This document shows, in pieces, positions 18,966 through 28,130 of a stretch of DNA of 64,000 nt (within the stretch, counting starts at the first letter, position 1; every line of letters starts with the position of its first letter). The notes under the pieces were generated by a model. That model did no database searches and was not told the DNA's origin. It worked only from the letters and a program-made list of their open reading frames with translations. This DNA is from Dehalococcoidia bacterium (GTDB lineage: Bacteria; Chloroflexota; Dehalococcoidia; Plut-88900), in assembly GCA_965197645.1 (NCBI GenBank), contig OZ240219.1, positions 1,760,001-1,824,000 of the forward strand, in the 5' to 3' direction. The translations under genes and the position numbers were made by a program.

Positions 18966-21002
18966 TTACACGAACAGAGGCCCGAACACTAAAGCGACGA
19001 TGGACATCAGCTTCAGCAGGATGTTCAGCGAGGGGCCGGAGGTGTCCTTGAAGGGGTCGCCCACAGTATCGCCGACTACGGCGGCGGCGTGGGCGTCGGA
19101 GCCTTTGCCTCCGTGTTCTCCCGATTCCACGTACTTCTTGGCGTTGTCCCACGCTCCGCCGGCGTTGGCCATGGTAATGGCGAGCATCACGCCGCTGGCG
19201 ATGGAGCCTATCAGCAGGCCGCCCAGCGCCTCGGGACCCATGATTGCTCCCATGAGAATGGGGGCGATGATGGCTAGCAGCCCGGGCAGGATCATCTCTC
19301 GGAGGGCGCCCTGGGTGCTGATGGCTACGGCTTTACCGTACTCGGGCCGGGCAGTTCCTTCCATGATGCCGGGTATCTCTCGGAACTGACGCCGCACCTC
19401 GGCGACCATGCTGTTGGCGGCCCGGCCAACGGCCCCGAGGCTCAATGCGGAGAAGATGAAGGGCATCAGTGCGCCCACCAGAAGCCCGATCAGAATGGAA
19501 GGCTCCCGGATGTTGATGATGTCGATCCCCACCACCTGGGAGTAGGCTGCCATCAGGGCCAGCGAGGTCAGCACTGCCGAGCCGATGGCGAACCCCTTGC
19601 CGGTGGCGGCGGTGGTGTTGCCCAGAGAGTCGAGGGAGTCGGTCCGCTCCCTCACGTCGGGAGGCAGGCCGGCCTGCTCGGCGATGCCGCCGGCGTTATC
19701 GGCTACCGGGCCGTAAGCGTCGGTGGCGAGGGTTATGCCCAGGGTCGAGAGCATACCCACGGCTGCGAGAGCTATCCCGTAGAGTCCGCCCAGCCAGTTG
19801 GCCAGCCATATCGCCACCACCACCGCTACTACGGGGATGAGGTTGCTCAGCATACCCAGCCCCATGCCTCCGATGATCACGGTGGCCGGGCCGGTGAGGG
19901 TCTGCTTTGAGAGCCACCGGGTGGGAAAGTACTCGTAGGAGGTGAACCACTCGGTGGCTGTTCCTATCACCTGTCCCGCTACCAGTCCGACGAGCACGGC
20001 CCAGAACAGGTTGAAGTCCAAGTCCAAGACGGAGATGGCTACGCCCGCTCCAATCAGGACCAGTCCGCCGGCTGAAAAGATTCCGGTGCGGAGGGCCCAG
20101 AGCAATCTTCCCATGCTGGCGCCCTCACCGGTGCGGACCAGGAAGGTGCCCAGAATCGACGAGAAGATGCCGATGGCGCCTATGAGCAGGGGAAGCATGA
20201 AAGCGTTGGCGTCATAGGTCGCCGTATCGCTGGCGGCGAATATGCCTGCGGCGGCGGCCAGGGCCATGGTGGCGATGATAGAACCTACGTAGGACTCGAA
20301 CAGGTCGGCGCCCATGCCGGCCACGTCGCCCACGTTGTCTCCGACGTTATCGGCGATGGTGGCTGGGTTTCGAGGGTCATCCTCGGGGATGCCCTGCTCC
20401 ACCTTGCCTACCAGGTCCGCGCCCACGTCGGCCGCTTTGGTGTAGATACCGCCGCCGACACGGGCGAAAAGCGCCACCGAGGAGGCGCCGAAGCTGAATC
20501 CGGCGATGACTATCGGGTCTTTGAAGGTCCAGTAGAGGGCGGTTACGCCGATTATACCAAGTCCCACCACGGTGACGCCCATGACGGCGCCGCCGGAGAA
20601 GGCCACCCTGAGGGCCGGGCTGAGCCCGGTCCGGGCGCTGGCCGTCGTGCGGACGTTGGTCCTTACGGCCACGCTCATGCCTATCAGGCCCGCCAGCCCG
20701 GAGGCCACCGCGCCTGCTATGTAGGAGATGGAGGTCGATGGCAGGGCGCGTGCCGGGCCTGCGATCTTGTCCAGAACGTCGGCGTCTATGAAGACCCACA
20801 GCACCGCGAAGATGATAGCGGTGAAGACGGCAAGAACCGAGTATTCCCGTGCTAGGAAGGCCATCGCGCCTTCCTGGATTGCCTTGCCGATCTCCTTCAT
20901 AGTGTCGTCGCCCTCGTCCTGTCGAAGGATGTACATGACGAGTGCAAGGCCGAAGAGGAGGGCGGCAACGCCCGCGGCCAAACTTAGTACGAGAATTGTC
21001 AT
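18966..21002 (-). CDS. hppA: Membrane ion-translocating pyrophosphatase (K+-dependent, probably Na+-pumping)
   Basis: GGGIYTKAADVGADLVGKVE, DDPRN, DNVGDNVGD, GNTTAA, GDTVGDPFKDTSGP. Confidence 0.95.
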   Translation of the reverse strand: MTILVLSLAAGVAALLFGLALVMYILRQDEGDDTMKEIGKAIQEGAMAFLAREYSVLAVFTAIIFAVLWVFIDADVLDKIAGPARALPSTSISYIAGAVASGLAGLIGMSVAVRTNVRTTASARTGLSPALRVAFSGGAVMGVTVVGLGIIGVTALYWTFKDPIVIAGFSFGASSVALFARVGGGIYTKAADVGADLVGKVEQGIPEDDPRNPATIADNVGDNVGDVAGMGADLFESYVGSIIATMALAAAAGIFAASDTATYDANAFMLPLLIGAIGIFSSILGTFLVRTGEGASMGRLLWALRTGIFSAGGLVLIGAGVAISVLDLDFNLFWAVLVGLVAGQVIGTATEWFTSYEYFPTRWLSKQTLTGPATVIIGGMGLGMLSNLIPVVAVVVAIWLANWLGGLYGIALAAVGMLSTLGITLATDAYGPVADNAGGIAEQAGLPPDVRERTDSLDSLGNTTAATGKGFAIGSAVLTSLALMAAYSQVVGIDIINIREPSILIGLLVGALMPFIFSALSLGAVGRAANSMVAEVRRQFREIPGIMEGTARPEYGKAVAISTQGALREMILPGLLAIIAPILMGAIMGPEALGGLLIGSIASGVMLAITMANAGGAWDNAKKYVESGEHGGKGSDAHAAAVVGDTVGDPFKDTSGPSLNILLKLMSIVALVFGPLFV

Positions 21003-21091
21003 TGTTCCCAGGCTCCAGACTGTTAGGAGGATTACACTGGCTGGGATTTTAGCGATTCAGCCCGCCGGGGTCAAGGGAAGCGTTACAAAAT

Positions 21092-21751
21092 TCACGAGCC
21101 CGAAGCACGGTCTTGCAGGGAATCGCGCACCGTTTTGAGCTGGGACTCCAGCTGGCTCTGCCGATAGGCGACGGTCAGGTCTCCGCGGGTGCGTTCCAGT
21201 ACGCCGCGCAGCATATCCGTGGTGCGCCGAAGGCCGCCGGTTATGGCGTCCGGGTAGTCTATGGTAATCAGCACGGAGTAGATCTCGTCCATGTGGCCCA
21301 GCACCTCCTCGCAGCGCTGGATATCGTCACGGCGGAGGGTGTCGAGGATGTGGCGCCGCATCTCGCTGGCCGCCTCGGCCAACCCGTTGAGGTAGGCCGC
21401 GGAATGGACACCCAGCTCTTCCGGGTTGGGCAACGAGCCACCCGACGCCAGCGCCAGGGTGATGGCGGCCTCGGCGTATTCTTTTTGGGAGTCGTGGACG
21501 AACCCGACGTGGAATACGTCCGGGTGGTCCTTCAGGGCGCTTTTCGCCTCGTCGAGGCAGACCCGCGCCTTGGCCATTAGCTCCCGAGCCGTTTCGAACT
21601 CGAGGCGATGGATGGCTCGGATGGAGTTGGCACAGTGCCGGATCGCCTCGCGGCACTTGGGCAGGCCCTCTTCTCGGGCCCGATGCTTTTCGGCGAGATG
21701 GGTCCTGATCTCTTCTGCTATGGGATCCAGATTGAGAATGGGACTGGTCAA
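21092..21751 (-). CDS. Translin/TRAX-family protein
   Basis: All-helical; REE..CREAIR....IRAIHR, QKEYAEA, YLNGLAEAASEMRR, GLRRTTDMLRGVLERT; TTG start overlaps the thiE stop. Confidence 0.75.
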   Translation of the reverse strand: MTSPILNLDPIAEEIRTHLAEKHRAREEGLPKCREAIRHCANSIRAIHRLEFETARELMAKARVCLDEAKSALKDHPDVFHVGFVHDSQKEYAEAAITLALASGGSLPNPEELGVHSAAYLNGLAEAASEMRRHILDTLRRDDIQRCEEVLGHMDEIYSVLITIDYPDAITGGLRRTTDMLRGVLERTRGDLTVAYRQSQLESQLKTVRDSLQDRASGS

Positions 21752-22407
21752 TTTGCTCCTTTGCGGTAGGCCTCTATCCGGGAGACCATATTTCGGGTCG
21801 CCTGCTCGATGTCCGGGGCAGACATGACGGCGCTGATGACGCATACCGCGTCGGCGCCCGCCTCCATGACGGGACCGACGTTGCTTTCGTTTATGCCGCC
21901 AATGGCGACCACGGGCACGGAGACCGCTTCTACGACCCTGCGCAACGTTTCGAGGCCAGCGGGTCGGGTCTTCTCCTTGGACGAGGTCTCGTAGATGGCG
22001 CCAACGGCTATGTAATCGGCATCCTGCTCCTCTGCTCGCAAAGCCTCTTCATAGGTGGCGTTGGACACCCCGACTATGTTTTCGTCGGCAACGAGGGGCT
22101 TCACCTGGGTGAGGGGCAAGTCCTTCTGGCCCAGGTGGAGGCCATCAGCCTTGGAGATCATGGCCAGGTCCAGGTGATCGTTGATGATGGATACGACGCC
22201 CGCCTCGGCGCAGAGGCGAACGAGCTCCCGGACTATGGGCAGCTGCTCACCCTTATCTCGGACCTTGTCTCTCCACTGAATGATGCCAGCTCCGCCTTTG
22301 ATGAGGGCCTGCGCGGCCTCTAATTCCGTGCAGCCCCGGCAAAACTGGGGATCGAGGATGACATAAAGGCCCCGTACTCGTTCCCTGGATGATTTTGATG
22401 CAGGCAT
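21748..22407 (-). CDS. thiE: Thiamine-phosphate synthase
   Basis: QWRDK, IIND, HLGQKD, TSSK, AIGGI motifs. Confidence 0.92.
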   Translation of the reverse strand: MPASKSSRERVRGLYVILDPQFCRGCTELEAAQALIKGGAGIIQWRDKVRDKGEQLPIVRELVRLCAEAGVVSIINDHLDLAMISKADGLHLGQKDLPLTQVKPLVADENIVGVSNATYEEALRAEEQDADYIAVGAIYETSSKEKTRPAGLETLRRVVEAVSVPVVAIGGINESNVGPVMEAGADAVCVISAVMSAPDIEQATRNMVSRIEAYRKGAN

Positions 22408-22410
22408 GGG

Positions 22411-22737
22411 TCAACTGGAGGGCGGGCGATAGCCGGCGGAGCCCGCCTTTCTCAACGCCTCGATCCCCTCGTCCATGGTCATCAGAATGGTGGTCTTGAG
22501 TGAGCTTACCGAACCCCCGGCCGCCGCGGCCATGGCAAGAGCGGCCGAACTCATGTTATCGGGGAACTGACAGATGAGCACGGTATCGTAATCGCCAAAG
22601 GAGAACCATCCGTTTTCGACCTTACCTCCCAGCCTTTCGACAACCGGGCGGGCCATCTCCAACCGGTTCTGAGGATTCCCGACCTGCACGGCCCAGGCCT
22701 CGGGCGTGTAGCTTACCTGAAGCATATAGTAGGGCAT
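22411..22737 (-). CDS. GYD domain-containing protein
   Basis: YTPEAW...NPQNR...LGGKV...FGDYD pattern; ends YRPP. Confidence 0.75.
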   Translation of the reverse strand: MPYYMLQVSYTPEAWAVQVGNPQNRLEMARPVVERLGGKVENGWFSFGDYDTVLICQFPDNMSSAALAMAAAAGGSVSSLKTTILMTMDEGIEALRKAGSAGYRPPSS

Positions 22738-22791
22738 TCTATGCCTCCTGTCCTATCGGGATAACGGCAACCGGGACACGATGCAAATGGC

Positions 22792-23136
22792 CTAGGCGTC
22801 CTTGATAGCGGGAGGCAGCTCCCCATCGCGGGCGGCATCGATCATCTGCTGGGCTTCCTCGGGCATGTCGACACCCATGTCGCCGAGTCGCTTTTCGGCC
22901 CACCGGCCGATGTTTCGCGGGTCCTTGTAGTAGTCATCGATGGGGTTGGCTTGGGCTGGCCCGGCCTCCTCCAGTCTGGTCTGCCCGGACTTGTGATAGG
23001 CAACCCTCGATATGACCCGGTCCAGGTCCCGGCTGCCACAGGAATCACAGGTCGCGTTTACCTCTGAGCCGATGCTCCGGACGAACACCGAAGTAATCAC
23101 CTTACAGGAAGCGCAGCTGTATTCGTAGATTGGCAT
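22792..23136 (-). CDS. FmdB-family zinc-ribbon protein
   Basis: MPIYEYSCASC...CDSCGS. Confidence 0.85.
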   Translation of the reverse strand: MPIYEYSCASCKVITSVFVRSIGSEVNATCDSCGSRDLDRVISRVAYHKSGQTRLEEAGPAQANPIDDYYKDPRNIGRWAEKRLGDMGVDMPEEAQQMIDAARDGELPPAIKDA

Positions 23137-23144
23137 GCTGTCAG

Positions 23145-23519
23145 CTAGTCGACATCATCATCACCGAAATCGGCGTCCCCATCATCGCCTATGCCGTCGG
23201 GCATCTCTCCCGCCTCCATCTTGTCCACCATCTCATCGAACTCGGGGCCCATATCCTCGCCCATCTGGCCGCCCATCCTCTTCATCCATCTAGCCATGCT
23301 CTGGGGATCGTTCTCGTCGACATCGCCGAAGCTGGATGGGTCGGCCAGCTCCTCCATGCGGCTCTCTTCCGACTTGAGCACGGCTACCCGGGACACGAGC
23401 CGGTCAAGCTCTGGGCTGCCGCACCGGGGGCAGGCCTTGGAGAGAGGATCGGTGAACCCTCGCACCAGCAGGCTGACCCGGCGCTCGCAGCCGTTGCATC
23501 TGTACTCGTAGATGGGCAT
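23145..23519 (-). CDS. FmdB-family zinc-ribbon protein (paralog)
   Basis: MPIYEYRCNGC...CPRCGS; ATG at 23519. Confidence 0.85.
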   Translation of the reverse strand: MPIYEYRCNGCERRVSLLVRGFTDPLSKACPRCGSPELDRLVSRVAVLKSEESRMEELADPSSFGDVDENDPQSMARWMKRMGGQMGEDMGPEFDEMVDKMEAGEMPDGIGDDGDADFGDDDVD

Positions 23520-23562
23520 ATGGGGACAAACCAATTTTAACACACCGGGTGAGGTGCGTAAC

Positions 23563-23928
23563 TCAGGAGACGGCGTTCCTGATGAGATCGACCTGGGGTG
23601 GGGAACGGGGGTCGAGTGCCCGGATGGCAACAACGTCGATGCGCCAGTCCTCAGGCAGACCCGAGTTCTCCTGGAGGTAGGCCTGGGCAGTCTCGATCAG
23701 CTTCTCCTGCTTGGCGGCGGTGACCGACTCTTCGGGCCGGCCAAACGTCCGGTCTCTCCGGGTCTTTACCTCGACGAACACCACCGCGTTGCCCTCGAGG
23801 GCCACGATGTCCACCTCTCCATAAGCACACCGGTAGTTGGTCTCCAGTATCGAGTAGCCCTGCCGCTCCAGGTGTCTCTTTGCCACGCCCTCCCCCCATT
23901 TGCCCAGCCGTTTGCGGTGTTGGGACAT
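23563..23928 (-). CDS. yraN: YraN family protein (UPF0102)
   Basis: LGKWGE, GEVDIVA, VFVEVKTR, WRIDVVAI; ATG at 23928. Confidence 0.9.
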   Translation of the reverse strand: MSQHRKRLGKWGEGVAKRHLERQGYSILETNYRCAYGEVDIVALEGNAVVFVEVKTRRDRTFGRPEESVTAAKQEKLIETAQAYLQENSGLPEDWRIDVVAIRALDPRSPPQVDLIRNAVS

Positions 23929-23933
23929 GGCTT

Positions 23934-24647
23934 CTAGGAAACGTCGAATAGGGGAGTCTGGTCCTGGAGAGGCGCTGGTTTGGTCCGGGAGGTCCTGACT
24001 CGCCGGGCCGGCTTTTCGATCGGCTCTTCTCGGATGGGAGCGAAGGACTTGCGGTGGATAACGCAGGGCCCGTTGAACTCCAGTGCGGCCAGATGTTCCG
24101 GCGTACCGTAGCCCTTGTTGCGGACGAACCCGAACTCCGGGTACGTGGAGTCCAGAGACTCCATGAGCCTGTCTCTCTCGACCTTGGCCACAATGGATGC
24201 CGAGGCGATGGACCGACACAGGGCGTCGCCGTGGATTACCGGGTACTGAGGTATGTCCAAGTCGGGGATCTCGAGGGCGTCTATGACGAGACAGTCGGGC
24301 AGTGTAGACATGCGCCGAACCGCTCTACACATCGCCAGCCTCGTGGCAGCAACTATTCCGATGCTATCTATCTCCCCGGACGACGCTTCTCCGACACACC
24401 AGGCCAGCGAGGCCTCTTTGATCTGGTCCGAAAGGCGGTCACGTGTCGCTGCAGTGAGGGCTTTGCTATCTCGGACCTCGGCCAACCACGGGTGGTCCAA
24501 TTCATGGGGGAGAATGACGGCGGCGGCCATGACGGGCCCGGCCAACGGACCCCGGCCCACTTCGTCGATGCCGGCGACGAGGCCGAACCCCTGGTCGCGA
24601 AGCTCTTCTTCCAGGCCGGATGAAGGCGCCGACTCCGGGTCTAGCAA
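23934..24647 (-). CDS. rnhB: Ribonuclease HII
   Basis: GIDEVGRGPLAGPV, DSKAL, SIASASIVAKVERD, NKGYGT. Confidence 0.95.
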   Translation of the reverse strand: MLDPESAPSSGLEEELRDQGFGLVAGIDEVGRGPLAGPVMAAAVILPHELDHPWLAEVRDSKALTAATRDRLSDQIKEASLAWCVGEASSGEIDSIGIVAATRLAMCRAVRRMSTLPDCLVIDALEIPDLDIPQYPVIHGDALCRSIASASIVAKVERDRLMESLDSTYPEFGFVRNKGYGTPEHLAALEFNGPCVIHRKSFAPIREEPIEKPARRVRTSRTKPAPLQDQTPLFDVS

Positions 24648-24684
24648 GCTGGTCCTCCAGCTCGGCTGCGCACCTAACCCACTC

Positions 24685-25818
24685 TCAACGAGTTCCTGAC
24701 ACTGACAGCGATCGGTCCGATTGCACCGGGGACGTGCTGTCTATGACCCCACCCCCTATCACCTCTTCCCCATGGTAGAAAACGATGGCCTGGCCCGGGG
24801 CCACCGCCCTCTGAGGGGTTGCGAAACGCACCTCGGCCGAGTCGCCGGAGGGTGTGAGCTCCACCGCCGCCTCGGGAGCGTGGTGCCGTACTTTTGCGGT
24901 GATCGGTAACGCTGCGTCGGGTGTGGCGCCGGAGGTGTATCGGACGGAGGAGGCGACTAGGCTACGGCACAGTAGGTCGTCCTTTTCTCCGACCACCACC
25001 ACGTTCTCTTCGGGCACGATGTCCACCACGTATCGAGGGGACGGAGAGCTGATTCCCAGGCCCTTGCGCTGGCCTATGGTAAAGAGCTCGACCCCGTTGT
25101 GGTCACCCAGGACGTTTCCGGAGGTGTCCAGGATCTCACCGGGATGAGCGTCCACGTGCTTTCGGACGAAGCCCCTATAGTTGCCATCGGGGATGAAGCA
25201 GATGTCCTGGCTGTCGGGCTTGTCGGCATTGGGAAGCCGAAGCTTCTGGGCGGTCCGCCTGATCTCAGGTTTTGAGTGCTCCCCGACAGGAAAGAGCAGA
25301 TACTCCAGCTCCCTCTGGCCCAGGCCGTAGAGGACGTAGCTCTGGTCCTTGCCCGGGTCTCGGGCGCGGAGGAGCCGGTATCCGTGGGCAGTGCGATCGA
25401 TGCGGGCGTAGTGTCCCGTGGCCAGCTTCTCGGCGCCCAGCGCCCTCGCCTTGTCGATGAAGAACCGGAACTTCACGTGATCGTTGCAGGCGATGCAGGG
25501 GTTCGGCGTCCGACCCCTTCTATACTCGTCGATGAAGTACTGGACTACGTGGGTATGGAACTCCTTTTCGAAGTTGAGGACGTAGTGGGGGATGTCCAGC
25601 ACGCCGCAGACCCGCCTGGCGTCGCTGGTGTCCTGGGCGCTGCAACACCCCTTGTTCCGTCGAGAGTAATCGGGGTCCTCGATGGAGGAGAGCCGCATGG
25701 TGATGCCGATGACATCGTAGCCGGCGTCCTTGAGGAGGTAGGCGGCAACGGAGGAGTCCACGCCTCCGCTCATGGCTACGACCACTCTCCCCTTGACTGC
25801 ATGATCTGTATCGGGCAT
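24685..25818 (-). CDS. mnmA: tRNA 2-thiouridylase
   Basis: AMSGGVDSS, TPNPCIACN, ATGHY, KDQSY, DSQDICF, GQRKG. Confidence 0.95.
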   Translation of the reverse strand: MPDTDHAVKGRVVVAMSGGVDSSVAAYLLKDAGYDVIGITMRLSSIEDPDYSRRNKGCCSAQDTSDARRVCGVLDIPHYVLNFEKEFHTHVVQYFIDEYRRGRTPNPCIACNDHVKFRFFIDKARALGAEKLATGHYARIDRTAHGYRLLRARDPGKDQSYVLYGLGQRELEYLLFPVGEHSKPEIRRTAQKLRLPNADKPDSQDICFIPDGNYRGFVRKHVDAHPGEILDTSGNVLGDHNGVELFTIGQRKGLGISSPSPRYVVDIVPEENVVVVGEKDDLLCRSLVASSVRYTSGATPDAALPITAKVRHHAPEAAVELTPSGDSAEVRFATPQRAVAPGQAIVFYHGEEVIGGGVIDSTSPVQSDRSLSVSGTR

Positions 25819-25937
25819 GACGTTGGGGGAAGGATAGCACGGCGGATATCCGCTAGCAACGAGCGTGTTTGTTCGGTGCTGAGCAGCACGCCTGGCCGCT
25901 CAGCACTCGTCGTCTAGCAAGGTGCTGGTTGAGCTAG

Positions 25938-26067
25938 TCTCTCAATGAGGGATGTCTTCGTCCCACCCGCCCGCCCTCGGAAGGTTTTAGAGATGGGGGC
26001 ACATCGCCCATTCCCCCTGCCAGAGGGAAAACCTTTTGGACTCCGTGGATGCGCTGTCCTGAGAGGG
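25938..26067 (+). repeat. MITE-like dispersed repeat, copy A
   Basis: CCGCCCGCCCTCGGAAGGTTTT...CCCCCTGCCAGAGGGAAA...TGGACTCC matches the reverse complement of 50814-50910. Confidence 0.7.
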
Positions 26068-26071
26068 TATT

Positions 26072-26470
26072 GTGCTAGAATTCAGGTGGAGCTCTGTACC
26101 GGAGCGGGCGAGGAGGAATCAGAGGCTGGAACCGTCTAGCAAGGCCAGAAGGATAGTGGACATAGCATCCGACAGGCAGGCGTCGGACATCCGGATGCTG
26201 GACGTGGGGAAGGTGTGCAGCTTTGCCGACTACTTCGTGATTTTCAACTCCGAGACCTACAGGCATACCGATGCCCTCAAACAGGAGATCGCCAAGGGGC
26301 TGGAGGAAGAGGGCATCCGGGCGCTTCACACCGAGGGAAGCAGCGATTCGGGCTGGGTGCTCCTCGATTACGGGGACGTCGTAGTCCACATCTTCGCCAA
26401 GGCCGAAAGGGCCTACTATCGCCTGGACGAGCTGTGGCAGGATGCCACCACCGTGGTGCACATCCAATAG
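26072..26470 (+). CDS. rsfS: Ribosome silencing factor
   Basis: FADYFVI, EG..DSGWVLLDYGDVVVHIF...RAYYRLDELW; true start may lie slightly downstream. Confidence 0.92.
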   Translation: MLEFRWSSVPERARRNQRLEPSSKARRIVDIASDRQASDIRMLDVGKVCSFADYFVIFNSETYRHTDALKQEIAKGLEEEGIRALHTEGSSDSGWVLLDYGDVVVHIFAKAERAYYRLDELWQDATTVVHIQ

Positions 26471-26482
26471 GCGCCCCGCTCT

Positions 26483-26932
26483 TTATTCTCTAATCCATAT
26501 GTCAGTGCTGCGGTCGTAGGCGAGCAGCTCGTCATCCGAGAAGAACAAGGCCAACTCCCGCTTCGCCGTTTCCAGCGAGTCCGATCCGTGTACGATGTTC
26601 CGGCCGATCTCCAGCGCCAGATCTCCCCGGATGGTGCCGGGCTGGGCGGTGGCCGGATTGGTCTCCCCCATGACGCGTCGTACTACCTCCATCGCGTTGA
26701 GACCTTCCAGGGCCATGGCGACGATGGGGCCCGAGGTGATGAAATCAACCAGCCCATCGAAGAAGGGTTTCCCTTCGTGCTCCCCGTAGTGTCGCCCGGC
26801 GAAAGCCCGGTCCATGTGCATCAGCTTCATCCCCACTATCTTCAACCCTTTGCGTTCGAAGCGAGCGATGACTTCGCCGGTCAGGCCACGCTGCACGGCA
26901 TCGGGTTTCAGGAGTACCAGGGTAGTTTCCAT
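26483..26932 (-). CDS. ndk: Nucleoside diphosphate kinase
   Basis: KPDAVQR, GTIRGD, NIVHGSDS. Confidence 0.96.
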   Translation of the reverse strand: METTLVLLKPDAVQRGLTGEVIARFERKGLKIVGMKLMHMDRAFAGRHYGEHEGKPFFDGLVDFITSGPIVAMALEGLNAMEVVRRVMGETNPATAQPGTIRGDLALEIGRNIVHGSDSLETAKRELALFFSDDELLAYDRSTDIWIRE

Positions 26933-26939
26933 AATGCTT

Positions 26940-27632
26940 TCACCTCGATTTTTTGGCTTTCTTGGGCTTGGTAATGGAAGGGCGGCGCAGGTAGAGGGGT
27001 TGAAGGGTGGATGGGTCGTCCGCTTCTCCCTTTGAGAGCTTGGCCAGTCCCAGCTCTCCGATACAGGCCGCTCGATAGGTGAGACCCCGGGTATCGGTCA
27101 GCAACGCATCCGTTCCCAGGGCTTCTTCGATGCCGGTCTGAGTCTCGTCGGATATCTCCCCGCATAGAATGGCTGGTCGGGGAAGCTTCCCGCAAAGATC
27201 GGCGACGGTGGTGATGTGCTCGGCGAGCGTGGCCTGAAAGTCGTGGCGAGTTCCTTCGAAGATGGCGGCTGCCACCTCGCTCCTACCCGCCTCCTGGAGG
27301 GCGCATACCTGGACCCCCATGCTCAGGTAGGGATAGGCTCGGGCCTCCAGGGTGCCTACGCCGACGAGGGGCACCCCCTTCGATATCGCCAGTCCCTTGG
27401 CGGTGGTCACGCCGACGCGCAGGCCGGTGAAACTGCCCGGCCCTTTGGCCACGATGATTCCTCCCAGATCGTCCAGCCCTATTCCGGCCCCATCCAGCAG
27501 GTAGTTTAGGGAGGGGATCAGCTCGGCGGTGTGGTTCTGCTTTGACCACCAGGTCAGCTCTCCCGCCAGCTCTCCGCCATCGAGGAGGGCGAGGCTCAAC
27601 CTGCTGGTAGCGGTGTCGATTACCAGGTGCAA
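26940..27632 (-). CDS. tsaB: t6A biosynthesis protein TsaB
   Basis: IDTAT, GPGSFTGLRVG, PLYLR. Confidence 0.93.
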   Translation of the reverse strand: MHLVIDTATSRLSLALLDGGELAGELTWWSKQNHTAELIPSLNYLLDGAGIGLDDLGGIIVAKGPGSFTGLRVGVTTAKGLAISKGVPLVGVGTLEARAYPYLSMGVQVCALQEAGRSEVAAAIFEGTRHDFQATLAEHITTVADLCGKLPRPAILCGEISDETQTGIEEALGTDALLTDTRGLTYRAACIGELGLAKLSKGEADDPSTLQPLYLRRPSITKPKKAKKSR

Positions 27633-28130
27633 CTACTCACTCTTCCCGGTGGTAGAAGCGGTCAGGGACTCAGACTGCAGCCGGTCCAGCAGCCGCTCGT
27701 ACCGCTCGCCGTGGGCTTCCAGGGTGAATTCCCTGTCATTTTCGCCCTTGACTTCGATGCGAATCGTAAGGCCATCGTCGGGAAGGACTCCTCGGCCCTT
27801 CTCGGCCCACTCAATGACACAGACCCCTTGTCCGAAAATATACTCGTCCAGGCCGAGGTCATCTATCTCCATCAGATCGTCCAGACGGTACAGGTCCAAG
27901 TGGTAGAGGGTCAGGCGGCCCTCGTACTCGGAGGCCAAGACGAAGGTGGGGCTGCGAGCGTGCTCCTGGACCCCCAGGCCCCATGCGAGGCCCTGGGTAA
28001 GGCAGGTCTTGCCCGCGCCGAGGGTACCCGAAAGGAGCAGCACCTCTCCGCCTTCGAAGTGCTGGGCCAGCCCTAGCCCTAGCTGCTGGGTCTCTTCGGG
28101 ACTGCCGGTGGACAGTTTCTTCTGTTTCAA
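27633..28130 (-). CDS. tsaE: t6A biosynthesis ATPase TsaE
   Basis: GTLGAGKT, SPTF, HLDLYRL, IEWAE. Confidence 0.93.
   Translation of the reverse strand: MKQKKLSTGSPEETQQLGLGLAQHFEGGEVLLLSGTLGAGKTCLTQGLAWGLGVQEHARSPTFVLASEYEGRLTLYHLDLYRLDDLMEIDDLGLDEYIFGQGVCVIEWAEKGRGVLPDDGLTIRIEVKGENDREFTLEAHGERYERLLDRLQSESLTASTTGKSE

Noticed and set aside
26055-26072. TGTCCTGAGAGGG match shared with ~42084
   Set aside because: 13-bp match with no extension; plausible by chance.
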